DNA from: Octopus sinensis
Taxonomy: Eukaryota
Assembly (NCBI RefSeq): GCF_006345805.1
Contig: NC_042998.1
Span: forward strand, 32,736,001 to 32,800,000
Direction: 5' to 3'
DNA: 64,000 nucleotides
Position 1 is the stretch's first letter. The number at the start of each line of letters is the position of its first letter. The translations under genes were made by a program, and so were the position numbers. This document shows, piece by piece, positions 48,445-61,374 of this stretch. The notes beneath the pieces were generated by a model that worked only from the letters and a program-made list of their open reading frames with translations, made no database searches and was not told the origin of the DNA.

Positions 48445-48862
48445 TCACACTAACCTATTTCTTTACTACCCACAAGGGGCTAAACACAGAGTGAACAAAC
48501 AAGGACAGATAAACGGATTAAGTCGATTACATCAACCCCAGTGTATAACTGGTACTTATTTAATCAACCCCGAAAGGATGAAAAGCAAAGCCGAGCTCAG
48601 CGGAATTTGAACTCAGAATGTAACGGCAGATGAAATACCCATTTCTTTACTACCTACAAGGGGCTAAACATAGAGTGGACAAACAAAGATAGACAAACGG
48701 ATTAAGTCGATTACATCGACCCAGTGCATAACTGGTACTTATCTAATCAACCCCGAAAGGATGAAAAGCAAAGCCAACCTCAGCGGAATTTGAACTCAGA
48801 ACGTAGTGGCAGATGAAATACCGCTAAGCATTTCACCCGGCGTGCTAACGGTTCTGCCAGCT
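48445..48862 (-). mobile_element. SINE-B multimer
   Basis: Repeated 'gatgaaatacc..tttctttactacc' junction. Confidence 0.85.
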
Positions 48863-49129
48863 GGCTAACAAGACTGATAAAATATAGGCAGACCCTGTGT
48901 CACTGAGGGCTTTGAAAGTGACCCCAAGGAACAGCTACCAACAGTTGATGGTGACATCTCCTCCTCTAGGGGAAGGCTAACTCATATATATGAAACCTGA
49001 TGTTCTACTGAGCTGGATATCCTGCACTTTGCATGTCTCTTGGCTTCTTGGTATTGCAAGTAAGAGACATTGTGCTAACATGCAAGCCACACACTCTACT
49101 TAAAACTTTTGCATGAGCATTTCTCATAC

Positions 49130-49310
49130 TGTTTTCCGTGCTAGCACGGGTTGGACGGTTTGACCGGGGTCTGGGGAACCAGGGGCTGCCCCAGGCTCCA
49201 GTCTGATCTGGCAGTGTTTCTACAGCTGGATGCCCTTCCTAACGCCAACCACTCCGCGAGTGTAGCGGGTGCTTTTTACGTGCCACCTGCACAGGGGCCA
49301 GAGGAGCCTG
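49130..49310 (-). mobile_element. RTE-3' copy
   Basis: Diagnostic end, (CAT)n tail missing. Confidence 0.8.
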
Positions 49311-49659
49311 GAAAACAGCCACAATCATTATGTATGTGTGTCATGCTCGTCTAACAGACAACCATCGTTTACGTCCATATGTATATTTGCATATATATCC
49401 ATATCTATATATGTATATATATATGTGTGTGTATGGATATGTTTGCATGTGTGTGTGTGAGGCATGTTTGCCTGGTAAACAAACATAAAAGAGCCTACCC
49501 AGACAAAAAAACTATAAATATCACTTGTTACAGCTGAAAAGTAAAATGATTTCCAATACGTTTCAAGACACAAATTTAATGCAAAAAATTTCATATATAA
49601 TTTAACCAAAAGTAGATATTACGATGCTTGATGAGCATAATTGCCATATGCATTTCAAC

Positions 49660-50070
49660 CTATATATATGTATGTATGTATGTGTGTGTGTGTGTGTGTA
49701 TGTGTGGGTGTGTGTCTGTGTCTGTGTGTGTATGTATGTGTGTGTATGTGCATGTGTATGTATGTATGTGTGTGTGTATGTGTGTGTATGTATGTGTGTG
49801 TGTATGTATGTGTGTATGTATGTGTTTGTGTGTGTATGTGTGTATGTGTGTGTATGTATGTGTGTATGCATGTGTGGGTGTGTATGTATGTGTGTGTGTA
49901 TGCATGTGTGTGTGCATGTGTGTGTGTATGTGTGTATGTATGTATGTATGTATGTGTGTCTATGTGTGTGTGTATGTATGTATATGTGTGCATATGTGTG
50001 TATATATATATGTGTATATATATATATGTATATATATGTATATACGTATATAGTATGTAGAAGCATGTGT
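49660..50070. repeat. (TG)/(TATG)n microsatellite of about 400 bp
   Basis: Source of the CV/HT-rich spurious ORFs. Confidence 0.95.
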
Positions 50071-50376
50071 TAGAAATATGTTAATATATGTGGAATACTG
50101 AAGCTACAAAATGCATTAAATATTATCATAAAGCCTAATGGATGTCTACCATTCCACTCAGTGCCACACAGATCGTATGTGAAGTGTGTGTTACATCTAA
50201 TGGTTGAACTAATATTTTCCAATGTAATTTATGTCAGTGAATGAAATAATCACAATAAATATGCATTATTCGTGCATGTGTGTGTGGAAATGCAGACAAA
50301 TATAGAAATATTTGCAACTACAATCTTCATATGAAATAGAGTTCTTATATGTTTAAATGTGAATACTCACAACTCT

Positions 50377-50614
50377 CTTTACTCTTTTACTCTTTTACTC
50401 TTTTACTTGTTTCAGTCATTTGACTGTGGCCATGCTGGAGAACCGCCTTTAGTCGAGCAAATCGACCCCGGGACTTATTCTTTGTAAGCCCAGTACTTAT
50501 TCTATCAGTCTCTTTTTGCCGAACCGCTAGGTGACGGGGACGTAAACACTCCAGCATCGGTTGTCAAGCAATGCTAGGGGGACAAACACAGACACACAAA
50601 CATATACACACACA

Positions 50615-50663
<49 letters not shown>

Positions 50664-50940
50664 GACAGACTTCTTTCAGTTTCCGTCTACCAAATCCACT
50701 CACAAGGCATTGGTCGGCCCAGGGCTATAGCAGAAGACACTTGCCCAAGATGCCACACAGTGGGACTGAACCTGGAACCATGTGGTTGGTTAGCAAGCTA
50801 CTTACCACACAGCCACTCCTATTTATTTATTGCAAAAAATTTATATCCATATTCATATGTATAACACACCAGCATCGGTTGTCAAGCAATGGTGGTGGTG
50901 GGAGACAAACACAGACACACAAACATATATATATATATGG
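50377..50940 (-). mobile_element. SINE-A, full length, plus a partial duplicate (50865-50940)
   Basis: (TACTCTTT)n tail, core and head present. Confidence 0.88.
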
Positions 50941-51006
50941 TCAGTCGCCATGATAGTTCGCTAGTCACTACACACATTTTTTTTTGTCTCCTTGTTTTCT
51001 GTGTCC

Positions 51007-51042
51007 CTTTCTGTAGAAGAGCGTAGGCTCAAAGTGTAAAAG
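51007..51042 (+). ncRNA. Degenerate variant hammerhead-like motif (core CTGTAGA)
   Basis: cttt-CTGTAGA-a-gagc-gtag-gctc-aaa-gtgt-a-aaag: stems I and II perfect, G12 and stem III mutated. Related inverted copy at 54302-54338. Confidence 0.4.
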
Positions 51043-51371
51043 ATTTTTTCTATTCTTGAGTGTTATACTAATACATCTGCTTGTTTTGTACACCACCTGT
51101 CGTCGTCTTTTGTTTTTTTTGTAAACTCTCCCTATATATATATATATATATGATGTGTTGTGAATTTATAGAAAGAAATCCCATATAAATCAACAGTTTT
51201 GTTAAAAATGGAGAAAAGATGTTAAAATAGATGAGAATTTTAATTCATGCAGATGGTCGTTTCGTACAGAGATATAAAGATCATGCAAATTCATGGTTGA
51301 ACTGAATTAATTAAATTAATTATATGTCAACGTACTCGTCAGTGCAAGAAGTATTAACAAAATTTTTACAA

Positions 51372-51752
51372 AGGCCCAGGAGTGGACGTGTGATAAGTAG
51401 CTTGCTTACTAACCACATGTTTCCGGGTTCAGTCCCGCTGCATGGCACCTTGGAAAAGTGTCTTCTACAATAGCATCGGGCCAACCAAAGCCTTGTGAAT
51501 TGATATGGTAGATGGAAACTGAAAGAAGCCCGTCATATATATGTGTGTGTGTCTGTGTTTGTCCCCCCATCATCGCTTGACAACCGATGCTGGTGTGTCT
51601 ACGTCCCCGTAACTTAGCAGTTCGGCAAAAGAGACCGATAGAATAAGTACCAAGCTTACAAAAAATAAATCCTGGAGTCAATTTGCTCAACTAAAGGCGG
51701 TGCTCCAGCATGGCCACATTCAAAATGACTGAAACAAATAAAAGAGTAAAAG
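51372..51752 (+). mobile_element. SINE-A
   Basis: Head, core and tail present. Confidence 0.88.
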
Positions 51753-51760
51753 TCAATACT

Positions 51761-51919
51761 TCAGATAGTGAAAATGTCTTCAATTTGGTCTGAAGGTTCT
51801 GTACAAAATCTGTCAAGACAGTTATGTAGGGAAATCTCCATCACTGATTGGGTGAAATCAGCACCAGAGGTGAGTCCTGAAAGTTCGCCCAAATTCAGAT
51901 CATCAGGTGAAAGATGGTA
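51761..51919 (-). CDS. Candidate terminal coding exon of an unidentified gene
   Basis: Acceptor ttttttttctctcaacag, then 52 open codons YHLSPDDLNLGELSGLTSGADFTQSVMEISLHNCLDRFCTEPSDQIEDIFTI*. The other two frames close early. No homology recognised. Confidence 0.3.
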   Translation of the reverse strand, partial: YHLSPDDLNLGELSGLTSGADFTQSVMEISLHNCLDRFCTEPSDQIEDIFTI

Positions 51920-53166
51920 CTGTTGAGAGAAAAAAAAGTGCAGCTACAAACAGGAACTGGTATTTTTATTTAAGTAATCGAAAAAGTGAATTTTTCTTTA
52001 TGCTAAAAAGTTATTGGAATTCTGGGCCACTTGATCAGTATCTCTTGAACTATAAGAAGAATTTGTATCTTCAACCAACTGGGCTGGAAAATTCAATAAA
52101 CTGTTGCTTTCCTGAGGAAGACAAGATAGAAACCCTGATCATCTTCAGATGACTAACTTATGACTCATAAATTCATTCGACATGTTCTTTTAAAGCTAAA
52201 TAAAAAGATGGCTAAATGAAAGAATGATTTTATTATATTTGAAGTCAGTGAATGAAAGTGAGATTTTGCTTCTTTCATTCTGCCAGTGATATCTGCTCCC
52301 AATTATATATTTGTTCATAACATATAGAAATATTTTGCTTTTATCAGTAACAAAACGAAGTTCTATTCATTCAAGTGAAACAGAATTTGACAAGAGAAAA
52401 TGAATCCCGGAAATAGCTAATAGGAAAACATCGACTGAAGTACACGAATACAGTCTCTGTCCCTTTCACTGAAATATGCATACACAAATACTTAGAGAAA
52501 AAACACATATGCATTCATAAATCTATAGTTGTCTGTGCATATTGAGATGTGTACATGTCTGTTCATGCGGAAAGAGGGCTTGTGCACTTATAAATACATG
52601 AAAGTAAAAACAATAAATAAAAGAATTGGGAAAATATTTTGGCAAAAGATTAAACAAATCTCCTTTTGAAGACTTTTGTTATACCTTGTTAAACGATTTT
52701 GTGGATGAAGTGCGGATATCGACAAATACAACAAAAATGTTTGTTAGAATTGTTGGTCTTCACCCAAGGCCAGCAGATAGTATTATGTGAAAGAGATACC
52801 TTAGAAGAGGAGAGCATTAGACAAATAGCTCAAACAGCTAATATCATTTCTTCTTTCTTTTTTTTTTCTTTTGTTGTTAATAAAAATAAATCAACAAAAT
52901 AAACAACAGATTTTGTTGCATAATAAAAAAACATCATGCAATGAAATACATACAGTGCAAAAGAAGTAATTATTCTTATTTTGGTAAATTTACACACATA
53001 TCTATACATGTATACATACATGAACATGTACGTATGCACATGTATCACTTGAAATATTAACTGTAATGTTCAACATTCTTTGTATAGGAAACTAACCAGT
53101 ACTTTCATAGGAATTTGCTATCCCTTAATGAGGTTTGAAACCATTATTTGAATCTCTATTTTCTTT

Positions 53167-53563
53167 GGAGGCGCAATGGCCCAGTGGTCAGGACAGCAGG
53201 CTCGCAGTTTCAATTCTCAGACTGGGCATTGTGAATGTTTATTGAGCAAAAAACACCTAAAAAGCTCCATGAGGCTCTGGCAGTGGATGGTGGCAAACCT
53301 TGCTGTACTCTTTCACCACAACTTTCTCTCACTCTTTCTTCCTGTTTCTGTTGTACCTGTATTTCAAAGAGCCAGCCTTGTCACACTCTGTGTCACACTG
53401 AATCTCCTTGAGAACTACGTTAAGGGTACACGTGTCTGTGGAGAGGGGAGTCTGGTATGCATGGGCGACTGCTGGTCTTCCATAAACAACCTTGCCCAGA
53501 CTTGTGCCTTGGAGGGTAACTTTCTAGGTGCAATCCCATGGTCATTCATGACCGAGGGGGGTC
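53167..53563 (+). mobile_element. Chimeric SINE: SINE-E head and body switching at 'gtggag' (about 53440) to a different tail
   Basis: Matches 61375 onward up to acacgtgtctgtggag, then aggggagtctggtatgcatgggcgactgc...catgaccgaggggggtc. Confidence 0.75.
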
Positions 53564-53583
53564 ACAATATATATATATGAATG

Positions 53584-53632
<49 letters not shown>

Positions 53633-54301
53633 ATATATATATATATAAATATATGTATATATATATATATATATATAATATATATATATATATATGTATA
53701 TCGGTGCTATTATGCAAAAGTGTCATAAGTTCAAAACGTTGCTTATTTCAGAAAACAAAAAAATAGTTTCACCATTCCATAGCATAACCATTATACTACA
53801 CCTTGACAATTTTTGATATCTTGGCAACTGAAGCAATTGGAGATACGATAGTTTGACCAAAAGAACTGACTATTGCAAGTAAAAATAAATATTGAAAGAA
53901 ATGCATTTGATCAAGTTTGGACACACCTTTTGAATTTTCCCTCCTCACGTCTTTATTTGCCTTTCTTCCCTCCTTTTCTCTCTTTTTCTCCTTTCTTTCT
54001 CTTCCTCATCTTTCAATCATGCCCGATTACAAACCTTTCCTCCTCCACCTTCATCACCACCTGAAAACCATCTTTCCACACTTCCTTTATCACCACTATT
54101 TTATTATCTCCCCTTATATAACTTTTCTTGTAGTAGATCACATACCAAAGAAGTTGCATGACAGGTGTACCGCACACCAAAGTAGCACCTATCTATCTAT
54201 ATATAGTTGGAATTTACAAAAAGCAAACAAAACAAAAGATGAAGACAGGTGTGTAAACAACAAACAGATGTATTAGTTTAATGCTTGAGAAGTGAGAAAG
54301 T

Positions 54302-54338
54302 CTTTTACATTTCAAGCCTTATGTTCTTCAACAGAAAG
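54302..54338 (-). ncRNA. Degenerate hammerhead-like motif (core CTGTTGA), same family as 51007-51042
   Basis: Minus strand cttt-CTGTTGA-a-gaacataaggctt-GAA-atgt-a-aaag. Confidence 0.35.
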
Positions 54339-54947
54339 GAACACAGAAATAAACCGAGAGAGAAAATAAAAAAAGGCTTAGTGGCTAGCGATCAATCATG
54401 GCAAATGCCGGACAGAGGTGGTCAGACATGAGAGCTAGAAAGAATTTTAATAATTTTAATGATAACTGTATTAACTATAAAATTAGTAAACTTGTTTCAA
54501 ATTTGATTCATTCTAATTTCTTTTCAATAATAAATGCATAAAATATATAAAATTTTCAGTGTCTATTTTTGACTTTTGTAGCTGATGTCATGAAACTGCT
54601 TTGGTATGTATGTATATATATATACATATAACATATACGTATATTTGCACAAGATCCAGTCTTTCACTGAAGGCTCCTTCTTGCTCACATGCAAATCACT
54701 CATGTGATGTATAAATTCAATAACAAGCATCATTAGTCACGAAGGGATTGAGATATCCGTGGCTGAAAAAGTCTGGTAAAGACAAATAGGTGTTCATCTG
54801 GTGCTGTGTTGGTTGTACTTCCTGAAGAGAACTAATCGAATGTAAAACATCCAAATGTACCATCAGTCATTCTTTGGAAAATATATTATGGGATTTTAAA
54901 GTCATTGTTACACATTTTCGCACAATACAATTATATTTTTATATTAA

Positions 54948-55178
54948 GGTGGCGAGCTGGCAGAAACGTTAGCACGCCGGGCGAAATGCTTAGCAGTATT
55001 TCGTCTGCCGCTGCGTTCTGAGTTCAAATTCCGCTGAGGTCGACTTTGCCTTTCATCCTTTCAGAGTCGATTAAATAAGTACCAGTTACGCACTGGGATC
55101 GGTGTAATCGACAAAATCCGTTTGTCTGTCCTTGTTTGTCCTCTCTGTGTTTAGCCCCTTGTGGGCAGTAAAGAAATA
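54948..55178 (+). mobile_element. SINE-B with TSD of about 20 bp
   Basis: aca(a/g)ttatatttt..atatta on both flanks. Confidence 0.88.
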
Positions 55179-55211
55179 ACAGTTATATTTTTTATATTAT
55201 ATTATATGCTG

Positions 55212-55520
55212 CATTGCGACACAGATTTATGCCAATGGGTAAATGTTGTGTATAGAATACAATGTAACAAATGCAACAAGTTCTATGTGGGTAGCACAAG
55301 ACCGTTACACATTTGCATCAAAGAACATCTGAACACAAGATCCTCCGTCCTCAGAAAACATCTAAACAGATGACGGAACACTGACAAAACCATAACAATC
55401 GCAATTGAAGCCAATAAAAGAAATTTGGGAAATCTAAGAATTAAGGAAGCTATACTCATTGACAGACTAGGGCCCCAAATTAACAACAGGCTGGAGGTTG
55501 GCAATCAATATATCATTTAG
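55212..55520 (+). pseudogene. Penelope-like element GIY-YIG endonuclease C-terminal fragment
   Basis: CQWVNVVYRIQCNKCNKFYVGSTRPLHICIKEHLNTRSSVLRKHL...LRIKEAILIDRLGPQINNR* contains the VVY...CxxC...YVG.T.R.L..R.KEH and EA..I....P..N motifs. One internal stop. Confidence 0.8.
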
Positions 55521-55601
55521 CTACATCTGGATGAGTGTAGGTTCATTTTTGATAACATGCTCATGTATTATGAAAAAAAAAAAAGAAACTGCACGTATAA
55601 T

Positions 55602-56012
55602 AGGCATAGGAGTGGCTGTGTGGTAAGTAGCTTGCTAACCAACCACATGGTTCCGGGTTCAGTCCCACTGCGTGGCATCTTGGGCAAGTGTCTTCTGCTA
55701 TAGCCCTGGGCCGACCAATGCCTTGTGAGTGGATTTGGTAGACGGAAACTGAAAGAAGCCTGTCGTATATATGTATATATATATATGTGTGTGTTTGGGT
55801 GTCTGTTTTTGTCCCCCTAGCATTGCTTGACAACTGATGCTGGTATGTTTACGTCCCTGTAACTTAGCGGTTCGGCAAAAGAAACCGATAGAATAAGTAC
55901 TGGGCTTACAAAGAATAAGTCCCGGGGTCGATTTGTTCGACTAAAGGCGTTGCTCCAGCATGGCCGCAGTCAAATGACTGAAGCAAGTAAAAGAGTAAAA
56001 AAGAGAGAGAGT
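55602..56012 (+). mobile_element. SINE-A, full length
   Basis: Head, core and tail present. Confidence 0.9.
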
Positions 56013-56503
56013 ATAATACATAACTTAGAAGCAGCTTGAGACATGGCCACTTTCACGCCCTTCTCATGAGGAATTCCAGAAGAAGCTTTGTAAAACCGCT
56101 GCAGAGACACTACCGGAAAAAAAATCATTAACCGGTTTAAAACCGATTATAGCAGTGACTCAATTAATTCTTAGTGATATCTGAAGAAGGAATTTTTGTA
56201 TTCCGAAATATTATTATATCAGGCTATGGATATGATTAAATTATAACAGTTATTATAGTCCACTCTGCATTGTTGCACCATTCAAGACACACTATATTTT
56301 ACAAACAATACACAATGCTTCAAGCAAACTACAATACTCTCCTAATTATATTTTTATCTTGACCATTTACTTTTGAATTATAACTTGTCGCAAGGTTCGT
56401 AAAAACTTTTCCCACACATGAATTATCGCAGCTGCTGACTCATAAACGATGTCCACTATCAGAATCAGATAGGTGTGTGAAGCAAACAGAGAAAATACTT
56501 CAT

Positions 56504-56908
56504 AAAGGCGCAGGAGTGGCTGTGTGGTAAGTAGCTTTCTAACCAACCACGTGGTTGCGGGTTCAGTCCCACTGTGTGGCATCTTGGGCAAGTGTCTTCT
56601 GCTATAGCCCCGGGCCGACCAATGCCTTGTGAGTGGATTTGGTAGACAGAAACTGAAAGAAGCCTGTGGTATATATGTATATATATGTATATATGTGTGT
56701 TTGTGTGTCTGTGTTTGTTCCCCTAGCATTGCTTGACAATCGATGCTCGTGTGTTTACATCCCCGTCACTTAGCGGTTCGGCAAAAAGAGACCGATAGAA
56801 TAAGTACTGGGCTTACAAAGAATAAGTCCCGGGGTCGATTTGCTCGACTAAAGGCGGTGCTCCAGCATGGCCACAGTCAAATGACTGAAACAAGCAAAAA
56901 AGAGTAAA
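56504..56908 (+). mobile_element. SINE-A, full length
   Basis: Head, core and tail present. Confidence 0.9.
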
Positions 56909-57509
56909 GTCTCAATGACAGTCGATGATGGCATATCCGGGTATGAAAACACAAAATGAATCCATGAATATTAATCTATAATGTTAAGCAGTATCGGGTT
57001 TTTTTCCTTCTTTACCTTTTTTTTTTTTTGGCCCGGGCTCATTGAAATCGACATTAAGCTGTTCAAAAAGCTGCATTGCTTTAATGGGTTAAACATGCAA
57101 CAAACTTGACAAGAATTTGTTGCTTTATTTATTTCAATGAAAATGGTAGATTACGATAAAATGACTCACCTTGCTTATTCCCAGATGGCATATAAAGATT
57201 TGTGTAGACTAAAAGTTATTGCGAGAGCAATGCGAGATTACATGAAAGCTCTACTTTGCAACGCAGGATTTAATCTTTCTTTGCTTATCTTTATGATGTT
57301 GATTCAACATACAAGTGACTGATTTCTCATCAATTCCTAGAATAAAGTGTTTTCAAGTAAGATGACGTAACCAGTTTCTGATGAATTCCATGATGGTTTG
57401 AACCTTGCTTTCCAGAGACGATTGGTTATGTAAGTTTAGGCCTCTGTAAAGCACGAGAGCAGAAATCAACAGGACTTTATCTTTGGTTTAGACAGGTAGC
57501 AATAGTATA

Positions 57510-57745
57510 TATATTTCTTTATTGCCCACGAGGGGCTAAATGCAGAGAGGACAAACAGGGACAGGCAAAGGGATTAAGTCGATTACACTGACCCCAGTGC
57601 GAAACTGGTACTTTATTTATCGACCCCGAAAGGATGAAAGGCAAAGTCGACCTCGGCGGAATTTGAACTCAGAATGTAACGACAGACAAAATACCGCTAA
57701 GCATTTCGCCTGGCGCGCTATCATGTCTGCCAGCTCGCCGCCTTA
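57510..57745 (-). mobile_element. SINE-B with 18-bp TSD
   Basis: acag(g/c)tagcaatagtata at 57492-57509 and 57746-57763. Confidence 0.9.
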
Positions 57746-57869
57746 ACAGCTAGCAATAGTATAATCTGAAGCATTAGTTTTTACTTTGACAGTAAATATT
57801 CACATCATTAACAGATGTTACTGCATCCTTAACACCTTTCTTAAGTAGTTAAATGTTTCTATGGCCTTT

Positions 57870-58740
57870 TCAGACATTGGCATTCCTGATACCTTATAAC
57901 GGCTTTACACATTCAGAAAACCTCGAAATCCATTTAGAATAGTAAGTGATGCCTCACGTTATGCTATTATCTCTTACCCCCCCTACTAAACTAAGGAGGT
58001 GCCTTTTGGCCTTTTCTTTGCTTTGGTATACTAAGTTGTTCATGTTTTGGAATTAGAATTTCACAAATTGATCTTAACCATTCCGGATCAAACCCAATTT
58101 CAGTCTTTTAATAATATATCCAAGAATAGCTAATGATTTCCTTGTAGAGAAAGACACTTTCTCGTCATTTTATGTAATAGTTTTCCTTTCAGCTGTATTC
58201 TAGAAGTGAGAGAAATTGTAATCATGACACTGGTCATCTTCTCATAAATAGTAATGTTGTGCAGATACAGGCAGATTATCAGCAAATCTTTTTTGACGAA
58301 TTTGTTAATTTCTGGCTGAAAAGAAGCAACCATGTTTGCTGCTCCAAAGGGGACTCAGGTAAATTGATACAGTCCATTGCCTTCTTCAGGTGCAATGTAT
58401 AGCCTTCCTTTAATTTTAATTGGTATTTGATGAAAGCATTGCGGAAATCCTTGATAACGAATAGAGAATATTGAGTTGTTTTATCATCAATGTAAGATAA
58501 TGGGAATGCATCCAGCTGAGTGAATTAATGAACAGTTTGTGAATAGCCAATGCTTAGACACTTCTTGGGGGTTTTATCCTTTGTAATCACAACCTGAGCT
58601 CTCCAATGTGATTTGCCTGGCTCTATTATTCCCTCCTTTAATAATCTGTTAATATTTTGCCTAATAAACTATAAGTCTGCGTAACTATATTGTCAGAATT
58701 TTGTGGTAATGTGATGGAAATCAGGTGTTAAGTAGACAAA
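57870..58740 (-). pseudogene. Ty3/Gypsy reverse-transcriptase relic
   Basis: Frameshifted pieces INRLLKEGIIEPGKSHWRAQVVITKD, TQLDAFPL, GLYQFT*VPFGAANMVASFQ, CLYLHNITI (YLDN motif decayed), LAILGYII and YYSKWISRFS. Confidence 0.8.
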
Positions 58741-58999
58741 GAGATGAGAAGTGGTCAATGTGAAGAATATTTAATCCGCAAATTCATATTGCAAGTTGTA
58801 CACATTCAAAATTAAAAGTGACATAATTATGTTTTGATTAGAAATCTAAAGCAGAGAGGTATATCAGTGTGTAACTTGAGAAGGACCGGTAAATTGAAGC
58901 CTGCATATTTTCTCACACCAAATTCAACCTCAGTTACTCAGTACTTTCAGCTTTGTGGTTAGTGAAGATATAAAGCATTGCTATAGTGTTGTTGGATGT

Positions 59000-59345
59000 T
59001 TCATCATCATCATCATCATCGTTTAACGTCCGTTCTCCATGCTAGCATGGGTTGGACGGTTCGACCGGAGATCTGGGAAGCCAGAAGGCTGCACCAGGCT
59101 CCAGTCTTATCTGGCATTGTTTTTACAGCTGGATGCTCTTCCTAACCAGTGAGTGTAGTGGGTGCTTTTTACGTGCCACCTGCACAGGTGCCAGGCAAGG
59201 CTGGCAATGGCCATGGTCGGATTGGTGTATTTTACATGCCACCGGCACGGAGGCCAGTTGAGGCAGCGCTAGCATCGGCCACGAGTCGGATAATGCTTTT
59301 TATGTACCACCAGACCAGGGATCCTGGCTGGTTCAATTCGATTTT
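59000..59345 (-). mobile_element. RTE-3' copy, same subtype as the unit amplified at 7054-7815
   Basis: Ends with taccaccagaccagggatcctggctggttcaattcgatttt. Confidence 0.88.
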
Positions 59346-59349
59346 GATT

Positions 59350-60960
59350 TCCATCAGTGAATATTTATAAATTACATTAACATGAATGAAGTTTTGAGTG
59401 CTTCCACTAACAATTAAAGTTTTAACCTAAAAATTATTAATTCTGACTGACATTGCGGTGTTTGCAAGTGTTTGAGTAACTAAGACAGTTGTTGCTAGTA
59501 TTGTGGGATAGGTTATTCCTGGTAGCTGAATGAAAATGAAAATGTCTTTCTAAGGCTGCATGTAGAAGTAATTAACAATATCATCATCCTATTTCTTTAC
59601 TACCCACAAGGGGTTAAACATAGAGGGGACAAATAAATGGATTAAGTCGATTACATCGACCCCAGAGCGTAACTGGTACTTATTTAATCGACCCCGAAAG
59701 GATGAAAGACAAAGACGACCTCGGCGGAATATGAACTCAGAACGTAACGGCAGACGAAATACCGCAAAGCATTTCGCCCAGCGTGCTAACGATTCTGCCA
59801 GCTTGCCGCCTTAAACAATATCATCATCATCATCATCATCCTTTAACGTCTGTTTTCCATGCTGGCATGGGTTGGATGGTTTGACTGGGGTCTGGGAAGC
59901 CAGGAGGCTGCACCAGCCCCAATCTGAATCTGACAGTGATTCATGCGCTGATATCTATATCTTAAAATCAGGTTATTATTTTTACATACAAAAGTCTCTC
60001 TCTGGTCAAAAGGGTCGGAATAAGGAATGGTGAGCATTCAGGGTTTTGGTAGGAAATGTTTTTCTGGTGTATTAGTAATTGAATGGAGTGAATGATGTTG
60101 GATTGATTTTCGTTCAATAAAGGTATTTTAATGCTGCTAGCGTTCTATTGCTGCATTGCAGAATTTTTTTGATTCTTGCGACTCTTTTACAAAGTCAGTT
60201 TTGCCCTTCGGGTACTTAATTTTAAATGAATACTGTATGCATGTATGGCTCTAGGAAGGAAGATAAAGGTACTTCCTTTTTTTATTGTTGTTACTGGGTA
60301 AGATATATATCGGTTAAACTGAAAGCACTTTGGAAACTTTTTTGAAAGCATCCATTTGTTCATATCTAGGAGGAAGAGCAATGTTTCACTATTTTCCCCC
60401 AAAAAATTATTTTTGAAAGACAAATGTGAAAGCAATTATGCAGTAATATAGAGTATTGCTTTAAAAGTAAAACCCATGCAACAAACTCTGTAACTATTCT
60501 CATGTAATATTCAATAGGAAAGTTTGAAATCTTGCCCCATTGGGGAATATCCTCAATATACTTGTCAGTTTACCAATAAATGCAAACACCAAGATTTAAA
60601 TCCTATAGCCATAGCGAGGTTTTTTAAAACTATAAACTGGTTGAACCTTAAATGAAATAAAGTTGTTTTTCTTCGAGGGGAATATGTTCAGCTATTTTTC
60701 CGAGAACATTTTTCAGTTGTAAATTACAGCCCTCTACATATAACATACATCACCTGGATTTGCCAATGAGCCATTGTGGGTTCAGTGCCATCTTGAATTT
60801 TGAGAATGCTTCTTTCCTCATAGATCAATATTTATCACCCGACTGATAGGGAAATGGAAAAACTGCAAATAACATTATATAACTTCAGCCAAATAAATAT
60901 CATTGCAGTCTTGTACATTGTGTTGGCAATGTTTTCTCCTGTTCTTCTCAAACAATGTAC
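59350..60960 (-). pseudogene. Possible very degenerate Penelope-like retroelement interrupted by SINE-B and RTE-3'
   Basis: Only weak motifs: KNNFISF, NLAMA, KYIEDI (RYIDDI-like) and PQY...SKHL-like. 60134-60216 recurs inverted at 63918-64000. Confidence 0.3.
59590..59812 (-). mobile_element. SINE-B with TSD aacaatatcatcatc, followed by an RTE-3' fragment (59820-59935)
   Basis: The TSD of about 15 bp is visible on both sides. Confidence 0.85.
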
Positions 60961-61374
60961 ATGCTATTCCCCAACTGGCAGAACACTATAAATGAACTGA
61001 GATCACAAAGCTGAATAATAGCAAAATGTACTGTAATACATTAACTGGAAAAACGCATCAGTATACATAGCCATAAAAAATCCCTCTTAATTGAGTATCT
61101 CCGAAACAATGTAAACGTTCTGTCAAGTTATGGAGATGTTTGAAGAGAAAGAAGGAAAAGGTTGTGCTGAAAGAGATGGAAGAGAAAACAAAAAGACAAT
61201 AGAGATGGATTAGATAAATATAGAGATTGGCAGAAAATGGAAACGACAGAAGAGAATGGAAGAGAGAAAGAAATGTGAATGATATCAAAGTGTTTCTGTG
61301 CAAGGAAGACATTGGCAAAGGAAAAGAAGTGGAAGCAATTTTTGATTGACAGAATATACTTACTTGCACTCAGT

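Noticed and set aside
52680-52800. Minus-strand exon with AG/GT boundaries
   Set aside because: All three frames contain a stop.
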